From NCBI GenBank assembly GCA_963751705.1, contig CAVVVN010000008.1, positions 131,259-195,258 of the forward strand: a DNA stretch of 64,000 bases, written 5' to 3'. Below are positions 7,188-16,885 of this stretch, in pieces. The notes beneath the pieces are model-generated. The model did no database searches, had not been told where the DNA came from, and saw only the letters and a list, made by a program, of their open reading frames with translations. Both the position numbers and the translations under genes were made by a program. Origin of the DNA: an uncultured Bacteroidales bacterium. Its GTDB lineage: Bacteria; Bacteroidota; Bacteroidia; Bacteroidales; GCA-2748055. Each line of letters begins with the position of its first letter. The stretch's first letter is position 1.

Positions 7188-10031
7188 ATGAAACAGGTCC
7201 TTAGATATCGCATTCTCTGTGTTTGCTAATTCTTGCATGCTTCATCCAATCTCCAGGATCGGCACAGGAAAGTAGAGGAGGATCCCGAACTGGTCGACCT
7301 GATCTTTGACATCAGCAATAAGGCTTATAACTATTTCAAGATCAATATCAACCTGGATTCGGCCGAATACTATTATAAAAAAGCCATCGACCTTGCCTAT
7401 AGCTCCAGCAACTACAATATCGACGACCGGGTAGCCAATAATTACATTTCCCTGGCTTCTTTGTACCGAGAAATTTACAATAATAGTGCTGCCCTGGCAT
7501 ATATGAATGAGGCCGAAAGGATATTAAAGAAAAATGATCCCAATCACAGTTACTTTGGGACCATTTACCACAACAAGGGAAATATTTATAAAGTACAGAA
7601 TGACCTGTACAGAACAAAGGAGTATTACGAATATGCCCTGGATTTCTTAATCAAAAATGGCTACCAGAATTCAATGATTTTACCTTCTGTCTATTCCAAC
7701 TATGTTGAGTTGCTATTTGAACTGGAAGAATATGAGCTTGCTGAGGAAAAACTTATCAACGATTGATCTAAATAGATTAGATGTTAGTCCAATTATTGAA
7801 TTTCGACTTCACAATACAAATGCTTCATTATACTCCCAGCTTGGAAAGTATGAACTTGCGAAAGACGACATTTCGAGAAGTCTCAAAAATTACTTAGTGA
7901 TCCACCAGGATTGAAAGAGTACACTGATGAAATCATTAATTACTACTATGATTTGATTGGATTTTATATGTTCTATGAGGAGAATGATATAGCGCTGAAA
8001 GAATGTGACAATGCCTACATGTTTATTGAGACCCTGGATCCACACGCAATTAAATCCAAGATTCATTTACCACTCTGATATATCATACCGTGCTGCCACC
8101 ATACATTATCGAAAAGGGAATCTTGAAAAGGCGTTATGGATTGTCAACAACAGCATCAAGGATCTAAATCTCTTCCTCAGTCGATTATCTACACTAGGGA
8201 TCAAATAGTTCCCGAACTAATGAATTAGCTACAGGTCTTCCGGAGCTTCATGTATTAAAAAGTCGGATTCTTTTCAATCAATTCAACCGATCCAACGAAT
8301 TTAAAGATCTACTTAATTCCTATGAAGCCTATAAAAAGGCTATTGAAATTCTGAATTATATGAAGCTGGCCATGACCGATGAGGATAGCCGGGTATTTGC
8401 TACTTCCCAGATCCTGGAGGTATATACGGAGGCGGTTTATATCGGGAAGATGCTTTTCGATCTGACCGGTGAATTCAAATACCTGGAACAATCCTTTGAG
8501 TTTGCTGAGACCAGCAAGTCCTTTGCCCTCTATAGTGAGATTAAGGATATGGAGGCCATGCAGTTTTCCGATCTGCCCGAAGATATCAAACAACAATGAA
8601 AAACGCTTTATGGGGGAGATACAGGCTTATGAGGAATTCCTCTATACTGAGCAGATTAAAACCGATCCGGATAGTTCCCAGATCGAATTTTTTAAGGAAA
8701 CCCTGTTTCACCTGAAAGATGACTACGACGGCCTCTACAAAGACATTGAGGAGAATTACCCAAAATACTATGAGTTAAAGTATAAGCCAAACTTTATCTC
8801 CCTGGAGGAAGCTCAGGGCAAACTTGCCTACCGGGATGCCTTGATTGAATATGTGCTGTCCGATAGTCTGCTTATTACCTACGTTGTCGACAGAAAAGGA
8901 ATCAATGTGTTTTCGCAGGAAATCGGGCCTGAGTTTGCCGGTGAATGTATGGAGTATTATATGCTCCTTAACAATCAGAATTTTAGTGGGGGGGTTCACG
9001 AAAACTACCGGAGGTATGTGAATCTTGGGCATAAGTTATATACGACATTGATAGAACCCTGCCTGCAATATACCGACAGGAAAAACTTTACCATCATTCC
9101 CGACGGTGCGATTACCTATATTCCTTTTGAGGGGCTGCTTACAGAGACCACAGATACGGAATATATCAATTACTTGGATCTGCCCTATTTGATTAAGGAG
9201 TATTCTGTGGGATATTCCCACTCTTCAACCCTCCTGTTCAGTGAGCGATACCAATCCAAATCCCCTGAAGAAAAGGTGCTCGCTTTTGCTCCGATATATG
9301 TGAATTCTCTCAACACCATGGATACGGCAGAATTTCGCCAGGTGGCTGAGAATTCAGATTTCCTCTTCCCTCTGGTGGGAACCATAAAAGAGGTACAGAG
9401 CATTAATGAAACCGTTCCTTCCAGGGTTTTTATGAATGAACAGGCTACGGAAGCTAATTTTAAAAAGTATGCTGCCGACTACAATGTGCTGCATCTCGCC
9501 ATGCATACCATCATGAAAGATGATTCCCCACTGTTATCTTTGCTGGCTTTTACAAATGTGGATACGGGCGACACCATAGAGGACAACCGGCTCTATGCTT
9601 ATGAAATCTATAACATGAAGCTGAATGCCCAGATGGCAGTCCTGAGTTCCTGCAACAGTGGTACTGGTAAAATGCAAAAAGGGGAAGGGATGATGAGCCT
9701 GGCCCGCGGATTTATTTACGCAGGCTGCCCCTCAATTATTATGACCCTGTGGCAGGTGGCCGATAAATCAAGTTCGGAGTTGATGACCTCCTTTTATAAG
9801 TACCTGAAAAGGGGGAAAAGCAAGCAGGAAGCCATGCGGCTTGCAAAAATAGATTACCTGGAAACCGCTGACGATCTAACCTCTAACCCCTATTTCTGGT
9901 CAGGATTTGTGGTGCTGGGTGACGGAAGCCCCATATACCGAAAATCAGGATTCGCTTACTGGATGATCGTCATTACCCTGTTTGCAGGGATTGTAATTTT
10001 TCTTCAGTTCCGGAAATCTAAAATCAACTAA
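7188..10031 (+). pseudogene. TPR-CHAT domain protein with a disrupted N-terminal half (pseudogene or truncated derivative); C-terminal CHAT domain and TM anchor intact
   Basis: ATG 7188 (MKQVLRYRILCVC) runs into an in-frame TAA at 7227-7229. TPR-like sequence then continues through frames 3>1>3>1>2>3, with switches near 7760, 7912, 8075, 8210 and 8590. From about 8610 a clean 473-aa reading frame carries CHAT motifs (VLHLAMHT, AVLSSCNSGTGK, SLARGFIYAGCPSIIMTLWQVAD) and a C-terminal TM. Confidence 0.65.
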
Positions 10032-10087
10032 CCCGAGAAAGCAACCTGGCCAGACGCACAAATTTGGACACTACCAATGGAAGAAGG

Positions 10088-11572
10088 TCAATCCCATTCA
10101 GGTACAGGCAAATGTTCAAAACGGTTGCCACAACTTTGGTTACAAGATTTTAACCACATTATCAAAGAATCTGTCATTTGAGAAACGATCTCCGGTTGAT
10201 AATCCGCTATGTTATTTTTTTCGTAAGGATCTATAGATAAGTCATATAGCTGAACATCTGTCAACTGACCATCTATTGTTGTTGTAATTAATTTATAAGT
10301 CTGTGTCATCCAGACTGCATTTTTTGAGTATGCAAATCCAATGGGATTATTTCTTATTATTTGAGTGCCTCTAATTGCATCGGAAATATCAATACCATCT
10401 TGAGGTTGGTTAACATCATAACAACTTTCTCCAATTAAATGCATTATAGTCGGCAACATATCTGACGTGACGCAAGGCATTGACACAACTTTTGGTTTCG
10501 GAAAAGCAATTGGATAAAGCAGGACACTCGGAATCCTAATTCCTCCTTCGTACAATTCTCCTTTCCAGCCCCTGAAAGGTTTATTTGAGCCATACCCTCC
10601 ATACTCAGAGAATTTTTTATTGTATTTTGCAGCTCCGTTGTCAGCACAAAACCAAATTAGAGTGTTTTTTTCCTGACCTGTTTTTTTTAGAGTATTTATT
10701 AACCGGCCAATTTGCTCATCCATTGCAGTAATGGCTCCATAGTGGTGTTTTCCTTCCTCCCCTTCATACATATCAAGGTATTTTCCACCACTAATCGTTG
10801 GAGTATGAGGAGCATGGAAGCAGATATAAGCAAAAAATGGATGAGCTTGGCTTGCATTTATTTCAACAAACGGGATTACCCTATCCATAATAACCCGGCT
10901 GTCATCACCCGAAAGGTTATCATCATGGGCTATCATTTCCCCTTTATGGTTCCAATAATTGTTTCCCCAGAGACCTGTTTCCTCACGTTTTTTCATTCCC
11001 CAATCTCCTTTATCGGGTAATAGCATAGGATCCCATGTAGGCACCACATTCTCAGTACTAAAACACTCATCAAATCCATTTATCCAAGGTGGACTGAAAT
11101 CGGTTTCAGGCTTTCTTGGACCAGCAACATAATCTTTATCTCCTTTATCCAGCAGTCCTAAATGCCATTTCCCAAAATGCCCTGTTGCATATCCTTTTTT
11201 TTTGAGTAATTCTGAAATTAAAACATCATTATCCGCAACATGCGAGCTACCCCAATGAGAAATTCCAAGACGGGCTCCGTTTTGCCCGGTAACTATTGAT
11301 GCACGGGTTGGAGCGCAAACAGTAGAAGCTGCGTAAAATCGATCGAAACGAACTCCTCTATATGCCATTTGATCAAGCGTTGGGGTTTTTTGAATCTTAT
11401 TGCCATTGTAGCCAGTATCACCCCATCCCATATCATCGGCAACAATAACAATGACATTTGGAAATTCTTTGTATTTGGGTTCATCCGACTGAGATGAACA
11501 TGAAGTTAACCATGGTGCAATTATCAGAACAGTTAAATAGTAATGCAGAAAAATAAAATATACTCTTTTCAT
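10088..11572 (-). CDS. S1-family sulfatase (Cys-type formylglycine), lipoprotein
   Basis: 494 aa. Signal ..APWLTSCSS. PNVIVIVADDMGWGD, FGly motif STVCAPTRASIVTG, GKWHLG, and a C-terminal LYDLSIDPYEKNN. Confidence 0.9.
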   Translation of the reverse strand: MKRVYFIFLHYYLTVLIIAPWLTSCSSQSDEPKYKEFPNVIVIVADDMGWGDTGYNGNKIQKTPTLDQMAYRGVRFDRFYAASTVCAPTRASIVTGQNGARLGISHWGSSHVADNDVLISELLKKKGYATGHFGKWHLGLLDKGDKDYVAGPRKPETDFSPPWINGFDECFSTENVVPTWDPMLLPDKGDWGMKKREETGLWGNNYWNHKGEMIAHDDNLSGDDSRVIMDRVIPFVEINASQAHPFFAYICFHAPHTPTISGGKYLDMYEGEEGKHHYGAITAMDEQIGRLINTLKKTGQEKNTLIWFCADNGAAKYNKKFSEYGGYGSNKPFRGWKGELYEGGIRIPSVLLYPIAFPKPKVVSMPCVTSDMLPTIMHLIGESCYDVNQPQDGIDISDAIRGTQIIRNNPIGFAYSKNAVWMTQTYKLITTTIDGQLTDVQLYDLSIDPYEKNNIADYQPEIVSQMTDSLIMWLKSCNQSCGNRFEHLPVPEWD

Positions 11573-11602
11573 AATCTGGTTTTACGGAAGGAGGTCAGCT
11601 AC

Positions 11603-13060
11603 TCAATTTGAATGGCGGATATCTTCATATTGCTTCCTTTTTTCTTGTAGCTGAATTTTCATACGAGCAAAAACATCTGCGAATTCAGTATCATAAATTA
11701 AACTAACCATTTCCTGGGGATCATTTCTCATATCGTATAATTCCCATATGGGCTCTTTCTCTGCTTCGTAAAAATGGATTAGCTTAAAATCTTTTGTTCG
11801 GATCCCGTAATGCGACGGTACCTCAAACTGTCCGAAATAATGATAAAAATGAGCTGACAGCCAGTCATCGGGCGTTTCACCACTGAGAATCGGCTTCATA
11901 GACTTTCCTTGAAATTCTTTGTGTATTTCTATTCCGGCATAATCAAGAAAGGTTGGAGCCAGATCAAGCATTGAAATAAACTCATCTGATATAGCTGGTT
12001 TAACTTCCTCCGGATAACGAATAATCAAAGGCACATGTAATGACTCTTCATACATCCACATTTTATTAAATAATCCATGGTCTCCCATAAACCATCCATT
12101 ATCCGAGGTATATATTACAATCGTATTATTCTTCAGTCCCGAGCCATCCACAAAACCAACAAGCCGCCCAATGTTTTCATCCAATGCTGCAACAAGCCGG
12201 TAATACCCTTTATAAATACTTTGATAGGCCCATTTTTGGTAATCCTGTGTCCCCATTTCAATTGTATCGGGGACTTTTTCATTAAAATGCGCAGGATAAA
12301 TGGTTGACAATTTTGAATATCCACATTTGTTGTTTCTCAATTCCGAATTCTTGCCTTCGAATGTATCGTAGAAATTTTCAGGTTCGGGAAGTATAGTATC
12401 GGCGAATATTTTCTCATACTTTTCAGGATAATGATAAGGTCCATGAGGTGCTTTGTGATGTACTAGCAGACAGAAGGGTTTCTCTTTATCCCTGTTTTTC
12501 AACCAATCAATTGCTATATCGGTAATTACTTCCGTAAGATAACCCGGTTGCACTACCCCTCCATCTCCACCATTTTGCCATTCCTGGCCCGTCTCTTTCA
12601 TCGGGCAATCAAAAAACTGTCCCTGATAAGGGATCACATTATAATAATCGAACCCGGCAGGTTGTGATACAAGATGCCATTTACCAATAACACCTGTTTC
12701 ATACCCAGCTTGCTGCAAGAGTTTGGGAAAATTTACCTGGTTTCGGTCAAAGCTGTCACCGTTGCGCATGTACCCATTATGAACGCTGTACTTCCCTGAA
12801 AGAATTGATGCCCTGCTCGGACCACAGAGCGAAACGACGTTAAAACAATTCGTGAATCTCATTCCCTGTTCTGCCAACTTATCAATGTTGGGTGTAGCCA
12901 GAAGTGAATTCCCATAAGCACTTACGGCCCCCACACTATGATCATCGGCCATTATGAAAATTATGTTGGGCCTTTGGGAGATCTCCTCCTGTTGGTTGCT
13001 GGTACAGGAAATAAATAATAAGTTCAGACAGATCATTAAAACATGGATTGTTCTATTCAT
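11603..13060 (-). CDS. S1-family sulfatase (Cys-type), lipoprotein
   Basis: 485 aa. Signal ..LLFISCTS. PNIIFIMADDH, FGly motif SLCGPSRASILSG, GKWHL, TSDNGWFMGDHG, and ELYDMRNDPQE. Confidence 0.9.
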   Translation of the reverse strand: MNRTIHVLMICLNLLFISCTSNQQEEISQRPNIIFIMADDHSVGAVSAYGNSLLATPNIDKLAEQGMRFTNCFNVVSLCGPSRASILSGKYSVHNGYMRNGDSFDRNQVNFPKLLQQAGYETGVIGKWHLVSQPAGFDYYNVIPYQGQFFDCPMKETGQEWQNGGDGGVVQPGYLTEVITDIAIDWLKNRDKEKPFCLLVHHKAPHGPYHYPEKYEKIFADTILPEPENFYDTFEGKNSELRNNKCGYSKLSTIYPAHFNEKVPDTIEMGTQDYQKWAYQSIYKGYYRLVAALDENIGRLVGFVDGSGLKNNTIVIYTSDNGWFMGDHGLFNKMWMYEESLHVPLIIRYPEEVKPAISDEFISMLDLAPTFLDYAGIEIHKEFQGKSMKPILSGETPDDWLSAHFYHYFGQFEVPSHYGIRTKDFKLIHFYEAEKEPIWELYDMRNDPQEMVSLIYDTEFADVFARMKIQLQEKRKQYEDIRHSN

Positions 13061-13085
13061 TGCTTTTCTATCTTAGAAGTATAGT

Positions 13086-14390
13086 TCACTTGGATATACC
13101 TACACTGCTTTCTAATTCTATGATTGCATCATATAAAACCCCTGCGGATCCCTTAAATTTTTCAGATCCACGAGGTTGATTATCTAAAGTGTACCATTCC
13201 ATGAAATCATCATTTTTAATAACTCTCTGTACAAGAGGAATTAAATGTTTATACGCCTCTTCTAAATAACCATATCTGACTAGTTGCTTTACCATTCGAG
13301 CCCCAAACCAGGTCCAGTCACCACCATTTTGATAGGTATATGGAATTTCCAATTGAGGATTCTTGATAAATCCTTTTGGATAGGCTGGTTCTACAGATAA
13401 CCCAATGGAGGAAGCATTCACTCGCTTCATTCGTTTCTCCATTTCCTTCAGTGTTATCAGAATTTCATCTGTCGATAGTATTCCAGCTTCTATGGCTACG
13501 GCAGTTCCTCCAAAATAAAACACCTCCTTCTCGTTAAAACTCTCTGGGAATGGAGACTTATCCAGATATATATGTGGAATAAATTTATTGTTTTCACTAT
13601 CCCAAAGATACTTACGGACATTTTCAACCAATTGCTTTTTGAACGATCCAAATTTCTCTTCAGATTCAGGGACCATGTCAAACAGATTATTTAATGCCAC
13701 GATAAGCATTGCATTATCATAGATATCAATAGCAAGATTTGTTTTATCGTCCATATAAACTCCCCAGCTACTTTCAGGTTGTACATCACCCCAATCTATC
13801 GTAGTTGCACCAAATATAAGCCCATACTTCTCGCTATACCGGTTTTGCAATAAAAACTCAATGGCTAATTCCATTCGTTCTTTAACTGTTCTATCTCCTA
13901 CTTTATCAAGCAAAATAGTTTTGTCATTTGTGTGCTTAATATATTTATAAACAGCTTGAATAAGAGAACTTTCCTGGTCGGTTTCGACCGTTGCTTTATC
14001 GCCGGCATATTCCGGCGCCAAAGATGAACGATATTGGAAACTTGATGAATTTGGACTTAAATTTTCCCGGGGAGTGATTACATCCAGAATACTTCCATTT
14101 TCTTCCTGCATTTTGAAAAACAACAACAAATTCTCTTTTGCTTGTTCAGGAGGATTTACCAATAAAGCAATGTTCATAAACGTATTATAATCTCGAATAA
14201 AAACTTGATTTGTATACCCCGAGCCAGCATCAAATCCTTCCTTTATTGTGTGAAGGGCCTTTTCTTTTACAATCGCAAGATTCTTATCATCCTTTACTAT
14301 TATTCTCAATTTTTCAATCGATTTATCTTGTTCGGTTGCACACATAACTTGTGTAACAAGAATAATTGTAATTAATCCTAGTTTTTTCAT
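13086..14390 (-). CDS. Six-hairpin (alpha/alpha)6 glycoside-hydrolase-like protein, GDE_C/GH63/GH100-like superfamily, family unassigned (paralog of 22429-23730)
   Basis: ATG at 14390 (MKKLGLITIIL..; the track extends to 14426). Motifs GSGYTNQVFIRD, VETDQESSLIQA, TTIDWGDVQ, IDIYDNAMLIVAL and YQNGGDWTWFG recall amylo-1,6-glucosidase/neutral-invertase-type barrels. Confidence 0.6.
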   Translation of the reverse strand: MKKLGLITIILVTQVMCATEQDKSIEKLRIIVKDDKNLAIVKEKALHTIKEGFDAGSGYTNQVFIRDYNTFMNIALLVNPPEQAKENLLLFFKMQEENGSILDVITPRENLSPNSSSFQYRSSLAPEYAGDKATVETDQESSLIQAVYKYIKHTNDKTILLDKVGDRTVKERMELAIEFLLQNRYSEKYGLIFGATTIDWGDVQPESSWGVYMDDKTNLAIDIYDNAMLIVALNNLFDMVPESEEKFGSFKKQLVENVRKYLWDSENNKFIPHIYLDKSPFPESFNEKEVFYFGGTAVAIEAGILSTDEILITLKEMEKRMKRVNASSIGLSVEPAYPKGFIKNPQLEIPYTYQNGGDWTWFGARMVKQLVRYGYLEEAYKHLIPLVQRVIKNDDFMEWYTLDNQPRGSEKFKGSAGVLYDAIIELESSVGISK

Positions 14391-14450
14391 ATGATTGCTA
14401 TATAAAATTAAGCGATCGAAAACCACCCGATATATATAGAAAAGTAAAAC

Positions 14451-15809
14451 TTACTTCCCAGTTTCAAACCTTGCTCCTGTCTCCTTACTAAATTGCTCCA
14501 ATTGCCGGTGCATTTCAGAAGCCATATCCGGATATTCTGCTGCCACATTATACATTTCCGCCGGATCGAGCAAGAGGTCAAACAACTGAATCCCTTCGCT
14601 TTCGGTCACCCTGTATTTCCATTTCCCCTGACGTACCGCCTCGAGGTTTTCGCCTCGGCAATAAAACAGGGTTTCAGTGGGGGATTCCAGTGCACCGTTC
14701 AGAAGTGGCAGCAGGCTGTTGCCATCAATTTTCCGGTCACCGGGAAGAGAGGCACCGCAAACATGTGCTATGGTCGTAAACAAATCCATGGTAGTGGCCA
14801 TTTCGCCGGTCACGCGGTTTCCTTCAATATGAGTCGCCCAGCGTATAATGCCCGGAACCCGAAATCCACCTTCGTAAGTGCTTGCCTTGGCTCCCCGCAG
14901 CAACCCGGTACTGCCGGCATGCCAGCGTTCCACCCCACGCTGCAACATGCGGTCCGGCAGGTTGTGCCATGGGCCGTTGTCGCTTGTAAAAATTACCAGT
15001 GTATTTTCATCCAGGCCAAGTTCTTTCAGTTTTAAAAGAATTTGACCTGTGCTCCAGTCGATGGTTTCAATCACATCGCCATAGAGACCTCCTTTCGAAT
15101 GTCCTCTGAACTCCTCCGAAGTGGCCAACGGCAGGTGTGGCATACTGTGAGCCAGGTAAAGAAAAAACGGCTCCCCGCTATTTGTTTCCATAAAATCGAG
15201 CGCCCTTTGGGTATAGTTTTTTGTGAGCTCATCCTGCTCCCACCCTATTTCTATCACCGGCTGGTCATCTTCATACAAAAAAAGTTTATCATCTTCCGAA
15301 AGCCAGGGGCACCAGGGCAGCAGCATGTCGTTGCTGTAAGGCAGACCGTAAAACCGGTCGAATCCCCGGTTGGTGGGCAAAAATTGTTCTCCGTGTCCGA
15401 GATGCCATTTCCCGATGGCCATGGTTGAATAACCTTCATCTTTCAACATATTGGCTATGGTAATTTCCGAAACAGGCAATCCTTTTTCAAGGTCGGGAGG
15501 CCCACAATTAGTTGGAATATTCCGGATGGGATAGCGACCGGTGAGCAGCGCTGCCCGGGAGGGTGTGCACACCGAGGCCGCCGCATAAAACGAAGTGAAA
15601 CGGATACCTTCGTAGGCCATTTGGTCGATATTGGGCGTTTGAAAAACCGGATGGCCGTAGCAACTCAAATCGCCGTACCCCATGTCGTCCGCAAAAATCA
15701 AGATTACGTTGGGTTTTTGTCCCTTTTGTTGTTGAGCTGAAACAAGCGTCGAAAACCCAAAAAGTACAGCCGGAACAACGGCAATTCGTAACATTGTTTT
15801 TAGATTCAT
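14451..15809 (-). CDS. S1-family arylsulfatase (Cys-type)
   Basis: 452 aa with a signal peptide ending VSAQ. PNVILIFADDMGYGD, FGly motif ASVCTPSRAALLTG, GKWHLG, TSDNGP. Visibly more GC-rich than its neighbours. Its start overlaps the upstream stop (TCAT at 15806-15809). Confidence 0.9.
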   Translation of the reverse strand: MNLKTMLRIAVVPAVLFGFSTLVSAQQQKGQKPNVILIFADDMGYGDLSCYGHPVFQTPNIDQMAYEGIRFTSFYAAASVCTPSRAALLTGRYPIRNIPTNCGPPDLEKGLPVSEITIANMLKDEGYSTMAIGKWHLGHGEQFLPTNRGFDRFYGLPYSNDMLLPWCPWLSEDDKLFLYEDDQPVIEIGWEQDELTKNYTQRALDFMETNSGEPFFLYLAHSMPHLPLATSEEFRGHSKGGLYGDVIETIDWSTGQILLKLKELGLDENTLVIFTSDNGPWHNLPDRMLQRGVERWHAGSTGLLRGAKASTYEGGFRVPGIIRWATHIEGNRVTGEMATTMDLFTTIAHVCGASLPGDRKIDGNSLLPLLNGALESPTETLFYCRGENLEAVRQGKWKYRVTESEGIQLFDLLLDPAEMYNVAAEYPDMASEMHRQLEQFSKETGARFETGK

Positions 15810-16867
15810 TTACGTAAGTTTTCAATTTTCAAGACATAACTGTTTGTTCCATCACTTCCGTCGACAGCTACCCCACTTGGGCAATACAAGTAGTCCATTC
15901 CCCCATCTTCCGTAAAAAGCAGCTGTGGCCGTTCAAACTTGACCTGATTGGTATAACGAGCATTGGCATTTTTAGGAATCTTCCCCTTTAAATAATGATT
16001 CCCAAAATGATGGAAGCCGGATAAAGATTGTTCATTGAAATCTATTCCATCCTTTGAGATCCATAGAAGGCCTCCTCCATACTCCAGTATTCCATGATTA
16101 TCGGTAGTCAATAAACAAATATGATTCCTCCAGATAAAAGCATACCCATCCTCTATGGTCCTGTCGTTGTTCGTAATGGGTTCGGATTGAATAATGTAGG
16201 GGCCCTCCAGTCGGTCGGCAATGGCAAGTCCCATGCTTACTTTTCCTCCGGGGCGCGGCCCCGACATTGATTTGAAATATAAAAAATAACGGCCGTCCGG
16301 ATGTTTCAGCAAAGTTGGATTATTTACCCCACATCCACTGTCGTAGCACCAGATTGAGGTATCGGAAGGAGGACTTAATAAGGGTTCTTTCACGTTGGGA
16401 ACTTCTTTCCAGGGGCCATTCAGGCTGTCACTGACCATCATCCCGATTCTCTGGTTAGGACCATGATTAGGCGCTCCGTCGTTAGATATATATACCAACA
16501 CATATTTTCCGTCTATCTTTTTTATGCTAGGGTTATGAAAACCCACTGCGTTCCAGTATCCTTCACCTTTTCCTTTCCCGATTACTTCCACCAGGTGAAA
16601 GGGCCCTTCGGGTTGCTCACTAATGTAATGGGCAATTTCACTACGATATCGCCACCCCTCATCAAATGGAATCGAGCTGGGCCATCTGGCACAAAAAATA
16701 TGTACTTTCCCATTCTCGTCTCTGATTGGTGAACTTCCCCAGATGTCATATCCTGGTTCGTTTATTGCCTCTCCCACTAAAACTAAATGGTCTGAGCTTG
16801 CCACAGGATATGTTAATTGTGAAGTATCTACACCTAGCAGACAAACTAAAATGATGATCCCTTTCAC
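15806..16867 (-). CDS. Five-bladed beta-propeller glycoside-hydrolase-like protein (GH43/GH117-like clan), family unassigned
   Basis: 353 aa, GTG start. Blade-like repeats FHNPSIKKIDGKYVLVYI, VNNPTLLKHPDGRYFLYFK, EDGYAFIWRNHICLLTTD, and FERPQLLFTEDGGMDYLY. N-terminal hydrophobic signal. Confidence 0.5.
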   Translation of the reverse strand: MKGIIILVCLLGVDTSQLTYPVASSDHLVLVGEAINEPGYDIWGSSPIRDENGKVHIFCARWPSSIPFDEGWRYRSEIAHYISEQPEGPFHLVEVIGKGKGEGYWNAVGFHNPSIKKIDGKYVLVYISNDGAPNHGPNQRIGMMVSDSLNGPWKEVPNVKEPLLSPPSDTSIWCYDSGCGVNNPTLLKHPDGRYFLYFKSMSGPRPGGKVSMGLAIADRLEGPYIIQSEPITNNDRTIEDGYAFIWRNHICLLTTDNHGILEYGGGLLWISKDGIDFNEQSLSGFHHFGNHYLKGKIPKNANARYTNQVKFERPQLLFTEDGGMDYLYCPSGVAVDGSDGTNSYVLKIENLRK

Positions 16868-16885
16868 AGAAAATTCTTTAAATCC

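Noticed and set aside
7233-8599. Treating the 177-, 70-, 67- and 79-aa ORFs (7233-7766, 7702-7914, 8005-8208, 8360-8599) as separate small TPR genes.
   Set aside because: The TPR-like sequence continues seamlessly across the frame switches into the CHAT ORF. Several pieces lack plausible starts. Together they match the usual single-gene TPR-CHAT architecture.
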